A stretch of DNA of 63,307 nucleotides, counting the filler, from Chiloscyllium plagiosum (lineage: Eukaryota): the NCBI RefSeq assembly GCF_004010195.1. It is 5 parts of one record of this genome, joined end to end, with 100 filler letters (N's around TTAATTAATTAA, not from the genome) between each part and the next. Parts side by side here need not be neighbours in the genome. Positions count along the whole stretch, not along the records: positions 1 to 23,185 come from NC_057717.1; positions 23,286 to 44,346 come from NC_057717.1; 3 more parts are not named here. The stretch is one strand, 5' to 3'. Positions 11,951 to 25,678 of this stretch are shown piece by piece (position 1 is the stretch's first letter; every line of letters starts with the position of its first letter). The position numbers and the translations under genes are program-made. The notes under the pieces were generated by a model that worked only from the letters and a program-made list of their open reading frames with translations, was not told the origin of the DNA and searched no databases.

Positions 11951-12559
11951 GTCTAAAGTCAAAAAGAATGTTTTGGCTTCTGCACACTCTATGTCGTTCT
12001 ATTCTCTGCGTACTCATCTCTGTTTCAAGATATGTCTTAAACCTTGCTGTTTTCTCTTCTTCTCCTCTATCAGTGCATTCTTCGGCACTTTCACATTTTG
12101 TCTGGAAAAGAAAAAGAAAGGATTTGCCAATCATATCTCCGTCAAATTATCCCCTTTTACATAAAATCTATGGTCATAAGTAATTGATATTTCGACTCTG
12201 TGCTAAAGCCTCCAAGTATCCAGCTACCTATGCCTCTGATGATTTTGTAAATGTCTATCAGGTAGCCCCTCAGCCACTGATGTTCACGTGAAAATAAAAA
12301 GATTTTCAAATTTCTCCTCAAGGTTGGATTTCACAGCCTGACTCTTTTTACTTTTGTGAACACGTTATCACGGAACCAATTTAATCTCCCCTCAGTATAC
12401 CTGACACTGCTCTGATCCTCATTTATCTTCTTGTTATTGTTTCCTGTTTACTTCATTGTGATAGCTTCTCAGCTTAATAAAGTGGTACTGGCCATGCTGA
12501 AACTCCAAATCTTCGTCAAGCTTTGTCCTTTACAATACTTACGAAATGTAATAAGTTTT

Positions 12560-14604
12560 GATCTGTATTCCTGAAATGTTGCACTTTTTCTTCCAGATGG
12601 CAATTGTAATGAGTGTGGAAGTTGCTGTCAAAGGAGTGCCATGCTACTCACACTCAATGCTGTGTGTCGGTGGTGGAGGGAGGGAGTTATTGTGGATGGG
12701 GACCAATCAAGTGGGCTGCTTGGTCTTTAAATCGTGCCAAGCTGTTTGACTACAGTTTGAGCTAAACTCATTCAGAGAAGTGGGAATTACTCCATTATAT
12801 TCTTGACAAGATTATTGGAGATAATGAACAGGTTATGTCACGACAGAAGAAACCCTACAATCTGTAGGACTCCTAACTTCTGATATGATGTTGGATCTTT
12901 TGGATAAACCTCAGAATGTTTTTGCCACACAGCAATTGTAATGTGTTTGGATGCTGATTAGCGATTTCTAGCCTCTGAACTGCTTTTGAAGACAACATTA
13001 TTTATGTGGCTAATCCAGGGAAATTTCTGGTCAAAGATAGCATCCAATATATTGATCACAACATACCGGGGACTCAGTGAATGTAATGCTATTGAAAATC
13101 AAAGACGGATGTTTTGATTCTTTATTGTCTTTCTTTTGTGTCCTGAACATTACTTGCGAATTGTTACAATGAACTTGGATGATTTCCAGGTCTTGTAGAA
13201 TTTCAACTTGGACTGTTTCAGGAATGATATAATCATTCTGATTTTATGATGGAGACAGGGTTCTTGCAGCAGCTCAAAATTGGTTGATCCACAGACAGTC
13301 TCTTTGCCGAGAAATGGATGCAGAGGCCTTCTGCAGTTCTAATTACTGATCATCAGGACAATCTTATTTTTTCCTTTTTGCTGCTGATAATTCCAACCAG
13401 GAAAATGCTTCCCTCAGATACCGATTAACTGCAATTTTATTCTGGTATCTATTATCACACACTGTTAAATGTGGCCTTGACTTTTTGAGCAATTGCTCTC
13501 AGTGCCCCTTTGGAATTCCACTCTTCTGAACTGAGCTCACATGGGGTCAGGAGCTGAGTGAGCCTGACGGGAGACTGACTGAATGACACTAAGCAGGTTA
13601 TTGCTGATTGATCAGAGTATTACTGACACTTCCTTCACATTTACAAGGTAGACCGTGTACCTTTGGATCAGTGACTGAGTGCAATGCAAATGTCATGCTT
13701 TTTGCTTACTGGATACACTTGGGCAGCTTATCGTAATGTTTGCAGTTTTCAGTGTTCATGCTGGATTGGAACAGCTAGGCTAGTAAAGCTGCAGTCTCCG
13801 GAGTTGACTCACAGTTTTCAATGTCTCCAGCTATTTCTTGACGTTGTGTGGAGTGAATCGAGTTTTCTGAAGATTGTGTTATATGATGCTAAGGCCCACT
13901 GAAGGAGGTTAAAATGGATGATCTGCTCAGCTCTTCATGCTGAAGATTGTTACAAATTCAGTAGCTTTATTTTGTCCTGATGTGCTGCGCTCCCACACAT
14001 CTGTGGATTGCATTGTTGGAGAGGAGTGTTCTCCTCCAATGGTCGCTTTCAGTGTCCACTATCTTTTATGACGCCACGTGGCAGGACCGCAGAGATAGAT
14101 CTGAACCATTGATTGTGGGATCACTGAGGTCTGTTGATCACTTGCTGCGGATGCTGGTTATCATGCAAGTCAGCCTCTCTTGCAGCTGAAGACAATAAGA
14201 GCTTCTACGGACTGTCCCCTCATATCTAGGTTTGGCTTGTGCTGTTCCCGGCATGTACTTCTTCACTCATCATTGACACAGGGTGGATCCCGGGGAGATT
14301 GATGGTTACTGTAGAGTGGGGAAAATGCCAGGCCATGAAGTCACAGACTGTATGACTTGTACAGAATATGGTTCTGCTGTTGCTGATGGTCCACTGCACC
14401 CCATGGATGCATTGTCGTTAGTTGTTCGATCAGTTTGAAGTGTATCACATTCAGCACACAGGTTCCTTCATATAATTTTGGAGGGTCGACAAAATGTGAA
14501 GATGGCCCTTCCTCCTCAGAAGGCCTGGGCAGTGACCATTCTTACCAATATAGTAAATGGTGAGGTGTATCTGCAGCAGGCGCAATGCTGATGATGTAGT
14601 CAAT
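12560..14604 (-). mobile_element. Old LINE (CR1/L2 group) fragments
   Basis: Decayed similarity to the same LINE family seen at 16430-17370 and 21645-22920. Confidence 0.5.
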
Positions 14605-15994
14605 NNNNNNNNNNNNNNNNNNNNNNNNNNNNNNNNNNNNNNNNNNNNNNNNNNNNNNNNNNNNNNNNNNNNNNNNNNNNNNNNNNNNNNNNNNNNNNNN
14701 NNNNNNNNNNNNNNNNNNNNNNNNNNNNNNNNNNNNNNNNNNNNNNNNNNNNNNNNNNNNNNNNNNNNNNNNNNNNNNNNNNNNNNNNNNNNNNNNNNNN
14801 NNNNNNNNNNNNNNNNNNNNNNNNNNNNNNNNNNNNNNNNNNNNNNNNNNNNNNNNNNNNNNNNNNNNNNNNNNNNNNNNNNNNNNNNNNNNNNNNNNNN
14901 NNNNNNNNNNNNNNNNNNNNNNNNNNNNNNNNNNNNNNNNNNNNNNNNNNNNNNNNNNNNNNNNNNNNNNNNNNNNNNNNNNNNNNNNNNNNNNNNNNNN
15001 NNNNNNNNNNNNNNNNNNNNNNNNNNNNNNNNNNNNNNNNNNNNNNNNNNNNNNNNNNNNNNNNNNNNNNNNNNNNNNNNNNNNNNNNNNNNNNNNNNNN
15101 NNNNNNNNNNNNNNNNNNNNNNNNNNNNNNNNNNNNNNNNNNNNNNNNNNNNNNNNNNNNNNNNNNNNNNNNNNNNNNNNNNNNNNNNNNNNNNNNNNNN
15201 NNNNNNNNNNNNNNNNNNNNNNNNNNNNNNNNNNNNNNNNNNNNNNNNNNNNNNNNNNNNNNNNNNNNNNNNNNNNNNNNNNNNNNNNNNNNNNNNNNNN
15301 NNNTGCTTCAGTGATTCAGTGAACACACTAACTCTCAGGCAACAAAGCTGTTGAAAATAATTTTGAGAGAAGTCTGAATTCAGACATCGCGCAACTGGAT
15401 CCTCACTACTAAGTCCACATTCATCTGGAAAGTCTGTCCAGAGAGTTTCCAATCTAGATCTGGACAGTTATTTGAACAATCCGTCACAACTGACCATTTA
15501 GAGACATACCAGAAGAACAGGAGAATGCGTGGGGCAGACTGGCCAAAGGACTAGCACTTTAAACACTTCTAAAAATCACCTCAAAACAAGTACATATTGC
15601 AAGTTTATTTGCTGTGATGTTCCACCTAAACTCTGTAGTTTCGATCTTGGATGAGATGCTGAACGGAGATGATATAAAGATGATTAACTCCTGCAGCATA
15701 TTGCATCTTGCACTGAATCCCCCATAAATCCTATAGAGTGTATGTCAGCTCCACAACGTCAGTATCCAAACAGAATGGTGCAGCTAAGTTGATGGCCGGC
15801 ATGACCCAGCCCAACGTCCTTGTGTGTGACAAAAGCTAGCGATTTCTATGTCAATGTTTTCAGCATTGTTCGAATGATTAACAGCAAAGTCTATTCCCTG
15901 AAGGTCCGACATTATTGAATAATACCTACTTTTTGATTGCTCAATAAGCACAATATTCACCCATTTATTCAGTAAACTTTTGTGTCAACAATAT

Positions 15995-17720
15995 AATAAA
16001 ATAGTGCACAAAACACAGTAAGGGACTTTTAAATAATGCGTCTCATTACTGTACCCAAGAGCAAATTAATATGAAGTGCTATGACTTTCGCTACATGCAG
16101 TAATTTTCCCTTGTACTAATATTGTGTGCTAATATTCACACACAATCATATTCATAGCAAAAGTATTACTGTGTGTATCAACATTCTACAACAGATATGA
16201 ATACATTTTCAATTTCTTCTGCCTATTTCACAGCACAATAATATGGTGTATAAATGTCAGTATATGTGTGATGCTATGTAGATAAATATGCCTATTAAAG
16301 TCTGGCAGTTTCTTTGAAACAGCATATATCTTCAGTTGTTCACAGGACCTAACCAACCTCGGCTCACAAAACACAAAACTCCGTGTCCAGCACTGGGCCT
16401 GGGTGGAGAATATCTTTCATTCTAACTTATTCCTGAAATATGATTGTGCCAGTGACTTATTGACCGCACCGTATTCCCCTTGAGAATGCGGTGGTGAGCT
16501 GCAACATTGAATCGCTACAATTCACGTGCTGCAGGTAAACTTACATTGCTGTTGGGGAGGGAACAAGAAATAGTGAGGCTGGAGGAACAACAACTTCCAC
16601 TTAACTATGGTGGTGTTTTGGAACGGAACGTTAATATGGTGTTGTTCCCATGTATCTGCCCTTGTCCTTCTTGATGGTCCTGGTTTTAAAGGTACTTTGT
16701 AAGGAGCCTTGGTAAATTTCTGCAAAGCACAGTGTCGATGGCAGGCATTGCTACGACTGAGTGCCAGTGTATGTTGCGTGAAGCTGCAGTCAGAGAGTGA
16801 AATGGAGGGCATTTCATCGCGCACCCATTCAACGTATGTCTTATAAGTGGTGGACAGTCATCGGAAATCGCGAGGTAAACGATTTCAATGGGATTCCTTG
16901 CCTTCGACATATTATTGTAGCCAACTAATTTATATCGGTCGAAAATAGTGGCGCTGCAAAAGGACAGCAGGTCAGGCAGCATCTAGGCCGCTGAAGAGTC
17001 GACTTTTCAGGCATAAGCCCTTCACAATAATGAGGAATGCATTTATATAGTTCGTCCAGTTCTGGTGAACAGTAATCCCCACAATCTTGGTATTTGGGAG
17101 TGCAGTGATGGTGATGCCATTGAACGTCAGTGGATATGGTCCAAATCTTTATTATTAGAGGTGATCATTGACTGGCACCTGTGTAATGTAAATGTTACTT
17201 GTCGCTTTCCAGCCCACGCCTGCACAAAATGTATATCTGAGAAATGGCAAACATTGTCAAGTCGTGAGCATTAGCCAATCATTGGCGATCACCCCTACAT
17301 TTGACTTCACAGAGCAGGGATACTCGTTTATGAAACAATTGAATATTGTTTGGCCTAGGACAGAGAGCACTCACTGAAAGTGTCCCTTTCTCTGAGCGAA
17401 GAAGATTGCATAAAGTTACACCTGTTCGAGGGGTGTGTTATGACATATCAGAACAGATTAATCTTACAAAATCTACCCTCAGGAGCTGCGCTTAAATAAT
17501 TCGACGGCTTTTTGTAACGCAACGTAATGCCAAAAGTGTATGTGTTCCGTCCTTGCACTGACTGACGTGACTACAAAGGTCTGATCTACTCAAACTCTCC
17601 CTTTGTTGAGTCATGATGACTGTCCAGTTAAACCATCACCAGTCATCTCTGTATAACAAGAGAGGAACCCTATCTACCTCTTGGAATATGGTGCTTTACC
17701 TTTCCATTTCGAGGGTCACT
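15995..17720. repeat. Segmental duplication, copy A
   Basis: Colinear, diverged similarity to 21220-23185 across unique sequence, LINE, Penelope end and SINE-like pieces. Confidence 0.8.
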
Positions 17721-18324
17721 GATCCAAAAGCTGAGGGAGTTGAGTCAGCCCGAGGTTTGCATGTCAATGTTTGATATATTGGAAAAAGGATACCATAAGA
17801 CGGAGAAACAACAGAGTGCCCATCCGCTCAATTCATTTCAATTAGATGTTATCTGTTCCAATAATCCTCTATTCTGCTTTCCTGCATTTTTCCCGTAATA
17901 TTTGCTTAAAAGTATACTTCCTTCAGCCTAGAACGTATTTAATGATGCAGCCTCAACAACCTTCGGAATCTTCTATGATTGTTTTCCTTAAACTGAATGA
18001 GACGTGGTGGACTTTAACCCCAGGCCTTGTTTCTGGCATGCTGTGAAAGTTGAACCTACATTAGATGCTAACCTTTCCACTCAAGCTTTATTGTGGCCGG
18101 AGCCAAAACAAAAACACGTCCCCCTTGTGAAACTCTATCCCATCTATTCTCATAGCCCGCATCTCGTTGTTCTTCTCGAACATTGTCTTTTACCAGTGTG
18201 ATAACTCATGGAAAAACATTAATTTAGCGCTTCCACTATCTCTCACACTCCATGCACAACTTCTCACTTCTATCCTTGATTGGCCCTCATCTTAGGCTAG
18301 TCATTTCCTAGGATGATAACATCA

Positions 18325-18600
18325 GCTTGTTCTAGGGGGCATAACTACAAATTGAGGAATGATAGATTTAAGACAGATGTCAGAGACAGGTTCTATATGC
18401 AGAGAGGGCGTGAAATGCCCTACCCGCTGATGTAGTCAACTCAGCCATATTCCGGAGATTTAAACAATCCTTAGATAAGCACATGGACGATGATGGGATA
18501 GTGTAGGGGGAGGAGGTGAGAATATTTCACAGTCGGCGCATCATCTAGGGCCGAAGGGCCTGTTCTGCGATGTATTGCTACATGTTCCATTTTCTATGTT
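18325..18600 (+). mobile_element. CR1 3' end nested in the older CR1
   Basis: RGHNYKLRNDRFKTDVRDRF, then tail GGGCCGAAGGGCCTGTTCTGCG...TTCTATGTT. Confidence 0.85.
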
Positions 18601-19231
18601 TTGTTATTTTATCCCTGATGCAACTATAGAAAGCCATTGGTTTTCCTTGATCCTATCTGCCTACGACTTTTTATGTTCCCTCCCGGCTCTCTTACGTTAC
18701 TCTTTGGTTTTTCTTGGCGAGCTTTTAACTGTCAAGAGCCCCAACTGAGCCTTCACATCTCATCCTTACATAAGCTTTCTTATTCCTCTTGACAAGAGCA
18801 TCTCATTCTTTAGTAAACCACGGCTCTCGCTCAACAACTTCCTCTTTGCTTGACAGGTACATACTTATCACGGACATTGCTGTTACTGGAATAAGCTCCA
18901 CATTTTAATTATGCCCATCCCCCACAATTTCCTTCCCCATCTTACGCATTTGAAATCCTGTCTAATCGTATCGGAATTGCCTTTGCCATAATTCTTGTCC
19001 TGCGGTATATAATTATCCCTTTCCATTGCTGAAGTAAACATAACCGAATTGCAGTAACTACCACCAAAGTGCTCACCTACCTACAAATGCATACCTGGCC
19101 GGTTTCATTAACCAGTAACAAATCTAATATGGCTTCGCCCCTTGTTGGCCTGTCTACATACTGTGTCAGGAAACCCTCCTGCACACATTTGACAAATGCT
19201 GACACATCTGGAGTGCTTGAACTATTGTAAT

Positions 19232-20555
19232 ACCTAAAAAACCTTTCTTTCCAATCCTCCCACTTCCTGCAAACCAAAGGAATAGCCATGGGCACCCGCA
19301 TGGGCCCCAGCTATGCCTGCCTCTTCGTAGGATATGTGGAACAGTCCATCTTCCGCAGCTACACTGGCAGCAACCCCCACCTTTTCCTCTGCTACATCGA
19401 TGACTGTATCGGCGCTGCCTCGTGCTCCCATGAGGAGGTTGAACAGTTCATCCACTTTACCAACACCTTCCACCCCTACTTCAAATTCACCTGGACCGTC
19501 TCAGACTCCTGCCTCCCCTTCCTAGACCTTTTCATTTCTATCTAGGGCAACCGAATCAAAACGGACATTTACTATAAACTGACCGACTCCCACAGCTACC
19601 TAGACTACACCTCCTCCCACCCTGCCCCCTGTAAAAACGCCATCCATATTTCCCAATTCCTTCGTCTCCGTCGCATCTGCTCCCTGGAGGACCAGATCCA
19701 ATACCATATAACCCAGATGGCCTTCTTCTTCAAAGACTGCAATTTCCACCCTGACGTGATGCCCTCCACCGCATCTCCTCCACTTCCCACTCCTCCGCCC
19801 TTGAGCTCCGCCCCTCTAATCGCCACCAGGACAGAACCCCACTGGTCCTCACCTAACACCCTACCAACCTCCATATACATCGTATCATCTGTCGTCATTT
19901 CCGCCACTTCCAAACGGACCCCACCACCAGGGATATATTTCCCTCCNNNNNNNNNNNNNNNNNNNNNNNNNNNNNNNNNNNNNNNNNNNNNNNNNNNNNN
20001 NNNNNNNNNNNNNNNNNNNNNNNNNNNNNNNNNNNNNNNNNNNNNNNNNNNNNNNNNNNNNNNNNNNNNNNNNNNNNNNNNNNNNNNNNNNNNNNNNNNN
20101 NNNNNNNNNNNNNNNNNNNNNNNNNNNNNNNNNNNNNNNNNNNNNNNNNNNNNNNNNNNNNNNNNNNNNNNNNNNNNNNNNNNNNNNNNNNNNNNNNNNN
20201 NNNNNNNNNNNNNNNNNNNNNNNNNNNNNNNNNNNNNNNNNNNNNNNNNNNNNNNNNNNNNNNNNNNNNNNNNNNNNNNNNNNNNNNNNAACTCAGCACC
20301 GCCTTCGTAACCTGCAATCTTCTTCCTGACCTCTCCGCCCCCACCCCCACTCTGCTCTATCACCCTCACCTTGACCTCCTTCCAACTATCGCATTTCCAA
20401 CGCCCCTCCCCCAAGTCCCTCCTCCCTATCTTTTATCTTAGCCTGATGGACACACTTTCCTCATTCTGGAAGACGAGCTCATGCCCGAAACGTCGATTCT
20501 CCTGCTCTTTGGATGCTGTCTGACCTGCTGCGCCTTTCCAGCAACACATTTTCAG
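19232..20555 (+). mobile_element. Penelope-like element (5'-truncated, gapped) with 10-bp target-site duplication
   Basis: GIAMGTRMGPSYACLFVG...YIDDC...LPFLD RT motifs and a terminal repeat. CTATTGTAAT occurs at both 19222-19231 and 20556-20565. Confidence 0.93.
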
Positions 20556-21219
20556 CTATTGTAATTGCAGTCAGTATTTGGAAAGTTAAAGCTCCCCATT
20601 ACAATTATCCTGCCTCTCCTGCTCTTATCAAGCATCTTCTTTTTTTTCTTTTCTTCGACATCTCGGAGGCCTTGAGATAACTCCCAACAGTGTGACCCTT
20701 CCTTTCCTGTTTCTAATCTCAGCCAGTTGTCGAGTCCTTAATCGTCCTTTCTGCAACCGTAATACGGTCCTTTCATAACAATGCCAAAATCTCCCTCTCT
20801 TTTTGCCATCTTCTTTATTCTTGCTCAAACATCTGAATCCCGGAACTTGCACCAGTCATTCTGCTCAATCCATGTCTCTGAAATGGCCACAACATCGACA
20901 TCCCAGTCACCAATCCATGCTGCATGTTCACCTTATTGCGGATTCTCTGGGCGTTGAAGTAGACACACTTCAAACTAACGTCTTGCTTGCCGGCACCCGC
21001 TTGCGACCTTGGAACATTATTTCTGACCTCACTACTCTCAACCTACTGTATACTGAAACTACAGTTTCGGTTCCATCCCGCTGCCGAATTGTTCTAACCA
21101 TTAAGAGCAAAGTATTTTTACTGTTGGTTCTACATGGTTTGCGAAGTCTCACTTCTCGAATTTCTGATATGAACAAAATCCACCCTTCTTTTCAGTTCAC
21201 TTTTGTGACAACAATATGA

Positions 21220-23185
21220 TGAAAACAGTGCACAGCTCACACTCAGTGCCTTGGAAATGATGAGTCTTGTTACCACTCCCAAGACCAAATTATTATTAAG
21301 TCCAACGGCTTTGAAAGTGTAGTTATGTACGTGCGAATATCCCCATAACAATTTTCGTGGCAATAATATTACTGAGTGTCCGAGTAATCTCCAGTCAGAT
21401 ACGTGTAGATTTTCAATTGTTTCTTCCTATCTCACAGCTCAGTAGTGTGGTTTGTAAATGTCAGTGTCTGTGTGATGCTAGGTATACGGCCAAGCCTCTG
21501 AAAGACAGAGTGTTTCAAGCAGCATATCCCTTCAGCTGTTCACAACAAACAAGGTATTAATTGAACCAAACCAGCCTGCACTCACAAAACTCAAAACTCA
21601 TTTTCCAGCATTGGGTAAGTTTCAAAAATATGTTTTCATTCTAATTTATTCATTGAATGAGATTAGACCAGTATTTATTGCCCATCCCTTGTTGTCCTTG
21701 AGAAGGTGGAGCTGAGCTGAAACATTGAACTGCTACAATCCATGTGTTGTAGGTATATTTATACCAGCATTCGTGCAGGAACGTGAAACAGTGAACTGAA
21801 GGAATTGCAATATATTTCCAAATCAGGACGGTGGGTGGCTTGGAACGTAATGTGAACATGGGTGTGCTCACATGGATCTTCTACCCTTGTACTTGTTGAT
21901 GGTCGTGGTTTAAGAGATACTTTGTCAGGAACGTTGTTATATTTCTGCAGAGCATCGTGTCGATGGCAGGCCTTGCTGGTACTGAATATCAGCGGATGTG
22001 GGGTGAAGCTGCATAGATGCAATGTGTATTTGAACACACACACATTCAATTTGTGTCTTATAGATGGAGTGGAGGCATTAGGCAACCTTGAAGGAAGTTG
22101 TTGCTGCAGAATACCTAGCCTCTAACAGACTCTTCTGGCCAATGAATTTATATGGTTCGAAAAGTGAGGCGCTGGAAAAGCACTGGAGGTCAGGCAGCAA
22201 CCGAGATCCAGCTGACTTGCGGAAAGCTTACTGTCCAGTTTATCTATCATCGATCGTCTCTGTCTAACGAGGGAGCAACCCATCGTCCCGTCGTAATATG
22301 GTGCCTGACCTTACCATTTCTGATGTACACGCTTTCACAGATACACCTGTTTGGAAAACTGGAGCTCAGGTGGCTGCTGTCCACCAACCCCAACCATCTT
22401 TCTTTGTACCAGGTATAACTTCAACCAGTGCACAGGTTTCCGTGATGCCGATTTTCTCCAGTTTTGCTACTAATCTGTGGCATCACACTTGGTCAAGTGC
22501 AGGTTTGATGATATTGAGTGCAGTTTCAGGCATAAGCCCTTAACAGGAATAGATATTGAACTTATATGATCAGTCCAGTTCCGGTTAACGGTAATCCCCA
22601 GGATATTAATAGTTGAGAGTTCAGTGATGGCGATTACATTTAATGTCAGAGGATATGGTCCAATTCTGCATTGCTCGAGTTGATCGTTGTCTCGCACATG
22701 TGTAATGCAAATGTTACTTGTCACTTTTAAGCGTACGTGTGCATATTTTGCATGCCCTATTGCATTTGGATAAGGTCGCCTTCAGTTTCTGAACAATCAC
22801 GAATGGCGTTTAAAGTTATCCAATCATTGTCAGAGACCCCGACTTGTGACTTTACAGTGGAGGGATTTTCATTTCTGAAGCAGCTAAAGACAGTTGGGTC
22901 CAGGACAGAGAGTACTCTTATATAGCACTGATAGTGTCCCTCCCGCTGAGCAAGGATACTTAACTCAAGTTTCACCTGCTTCAGAGATGTTTAGCTTCAC
23001 ATATGTGAACAGACTAATATTACGATATCAAACCTAACAATCGGAGTGAGGACTTGCTTAGTTCAATCAGTTAGACAGCTAGTTTGTGGTGGAGATTAAT
23101 GCAAAAAGTATGGGTTCCGTTCCTGCACTGACTAAGATGACTGTAAAGGACTGTACTACTCAACCTCTCCCATACTTGAGACAAG
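21220..23185. repeat. Segmental duplication, copy B
   Basis: Colinear with 15995-17610, with an extra block at about 22210-22520. Confidence 0.8.
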
Positions 23186-23285
23186 NNNNNNNNNNNNNNN
23201 NNNNNNNNNNNNNNNNNNNNNNNNNNNNNTTAATTAATTAANNNNNNNNNNNNNNNNNNNNNNNNNNNNNNNNNNNNNNNNNNNN
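23186..23285. other. Artificial scaffold spacer
   Basis: 44 N, TTAATTAATTAA (23230-23241), 44 N; total 100 bp. Confidence 0.98.
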
Positions 23286-23989
23286 CTTAAACATTTATGC
23301 AGCTAAAGGGAATGTTGGTTAAAGATACCGTAGTTAGTGCTTATTTTATTCCAGGCACACCAGCCTAGGAGCACATCCTTCCTGTATCTATCCTCTCGAG
23401 CTCTTGAAGATTTTTGTTCATTTGAAGTGTTTCATGTTTAGATACTCCAGAGAAGACAGCTTCAAGCTCCTCAATCTCTCCTGCCAGGGCAATGCTGCTG
23501 TTAGTATTCAATTCACTGGTGCATGTTACTGGCTGCTTCGTGGACTGGAACTGACAATTGAGACTGAAAGGTTACTGTATAAAATATCTTCAATGTTATT
23601 GCCAGACGTGAGTGGTTTTAGGAAAATGACCTTGACTTACGGGCATTGAGTGTCAGAGCACTTCCTGTTGTGGGGCATCCTGTTTAGATTCAATCTATTG
23701 ATATCTATTAGAACTGACTTGCAGTGGCTCAAAGTGGTCAGAGCATTATGGCTGTCATCGAAGCTGGTAACAAACTTCCCATGGTTTCAAAATCGTAAAT
23801 GATAGAGTAGGTACGAGGTCTGATGACACTGTTGGAGTACTGATGTTGTTGTTAATCACATTAACTCGGCAGGAGTTGACTGAATTTATATTGTCTCTTT
23901 CTGAATCTCAAGATGTCTCTCTGGGCAATATGTCTCCAATAAACAGCAATGTGACAATGCACAGGGATCATCTGTTTTGATTTAAATTG

Positions 23990-24280
23990 GAGTCCAGCCT
24001 TGGTCAACAGCCAGTGTGGAGTTTGCACATTCCCCTATGATTGTGTGGGCCCCCTCCAGGTGCTCTGGTTTCCTTGCACAGTTCAAATATTTGTGGGTTA
24101 GGTGGGTCATTTGTGCGAAATTGTCCACAGTGTCCAGGATTGTGCAGAATAGGTGGATCAGCCATGGGAAATGCAGTGGTACAAGGATGGAGTGCTCCAG
24201 GTGGGATGCTCTTTGGATGGTTGGTGGGGTTTGATGGGTCAATTCTCTCATGCCACACTGTTGGGATTCTATTCTATGAT
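23990..24280 (+). mobile_element. HE1/V-SINE-type SINE, old and 5'-truncated
   Basis: GTGTGGAGTTTGCACATTCCCC...GGTGCTCTGGTTTCC core and a CR1-like tail. Confidence 0.75.
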
Positions 24281-24371
24281 TGAGGATAAAGGCTATTCTA
24301 TGATTGAGGATAAAGCAGGGTGTCCTTGGAGAAGGAGCATGTGGTATGTATCAATGCTCTCGATGCCTTTA

Positions 24372-25103
24372 GATGGGGTACTGGGCTAATGGTCGGATAC
24401 TTGGTAGTGTGGATGAGCAGAGGGATCTTGGTGTCCATGTACACAGATCTCTGAAAGTTGCCACCCAGGTAAATAGTGCGGTGAGGAAGGCATATGGCGT
24501 ACTGGCTTTTATTGGTAGAGGAATTGAGTTCCGGAGTCCTGAGGTCATGATGCAGTTGTATAAGACTCTGGTGTGGCCGCATCTGGAATATTGTGTGCAG
24601 TTTTGGTCGCCATACTATAGGAAGGATGTGGAGGCACTGGAACGGGTGCAGAGGAGGTTTACCAGGATGTTGCCTGGTATGGAAGGAAGATCGTATGAGG
24701 AAAGACTGAGACACTTGGGGCTGTTTTCATTAGAGAAAAGAAGTTTTAGGGGTGACTTGATTGAGGTGTACAAGATGATTAGGGGGTTAGATAGGGTTGA
24801 CAGTGTGAACCTTTTCCCGCGTATGGAGTCGGGTATTACAAGGGGGCATAGCTTTAAATTAAGGGGGGGTAGATATAGGACTGAAGTTAGGGGTAGGTTC
24901 TTCATTCAGCGAGTCGTAAGTTCATGGAATGCCCTGCCAGTAGCAGTGGTGGACTCTCCCTCTTTATGGGCATTTAAGCGGGCATTGGATAGTTATATGG
25001 AGAATAGTGGGTTAGTATAGGTTAGGTGGTCTTAGATCGGCGCAACATCGAGGGCCAAAGGGCCTGTACTGCGCTGTATTCTTCTATGTTCTATGTTCTA
25101 TGT
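24372..25103 (+). mobile_element. Young 5'-truncated CR1 LINE (open ORF2 C-terminal 215 aa)
   Basis: Uninterrupted EQRDLGV...LEYCVQFWSPYYRKDVEALERVQRRFTRM, with a (TTCTATG)3 tail. Confidence 0.95.
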
Positions 25104-25678
25104 AATTCCAGTCTGTAAATCACCATCCACCATTACCTCTGGCTTTTAAAAGACCGACTTTCTTTGTGTTCCACCTGGNNNNNNNNNNNNNNNNNNNNNN
25201 NNNNNNNNNNNNNNNNNNNNNNNNNNNNNNNNNNNNNNNNNNNNNNNNNNNNNNNNNNNNNNNNNNNNNNNNNNNNNNNNNNNNNNNNNNNNNNNNNNNN
25301 NNNNNNNNNNNNNNNNNNNNNNNNNNNNNNNNNNNNNNNNNNNNNNNNNNNNNNNNNNNNNNNNNNNNNNNNNNNNNNNNNNNNNNNNNNNNNNNNNNNN
25401 NNNNNNNNNNNNNNNNNNNNNNNNNNNNNNNNNNNNNNNNNNNNNNNNNNNNNNNNNNNNNNNNNNNNNNNNNNNNNNNNNNNNNNNNNNNNNNNNNNNN
25501 NNNNNNNNNNNNNNNNNNNNNNNNNNNNNNNNNNNNNNNNNNNNNNNNNNNNNNNNNNNNNNNNNNNNNNNNNNNNNNNNNNNNNNNNNNNNNNNNNNNN
25601 NNNNNNNNNNNNNNNNNNNNNNNNNNNNNNNNNNNNNNNNNNNNNNNNNNNNNNNNNNNNNNNNNNNNNNNNNNNNNN

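Larger units (their letters stand above)
18200..21095 (-). mobile_element. CR1 LINE endonuclease region, interrupted by two younger insertions
   Basis: FVKCVQEGFLTQYVDRPTRGEAILDL at about 19100-19200. After the Penelope insert it resumes with GRVTLLGV and QVPGFRC at about 20690-20850. Confidence 0.82.

Noticed and set aside
14451..15452. Long ORFs containing X runs (here and at every gap)
   Set aside because: They result from translating through N gaps.
23230..23241. TTAATTAATTAA as a biological palindrome or recurring site
   Set aside because: It is always centred in exactly 44+44 N, so it is a synthetic spacer.
24373..25020. 215-aa ORF as a host gene (also 30888-31535)
   Set aside because: It is the C-terminal part of CR1 ORF2, 5'-truncated and followed by the LINE tail.
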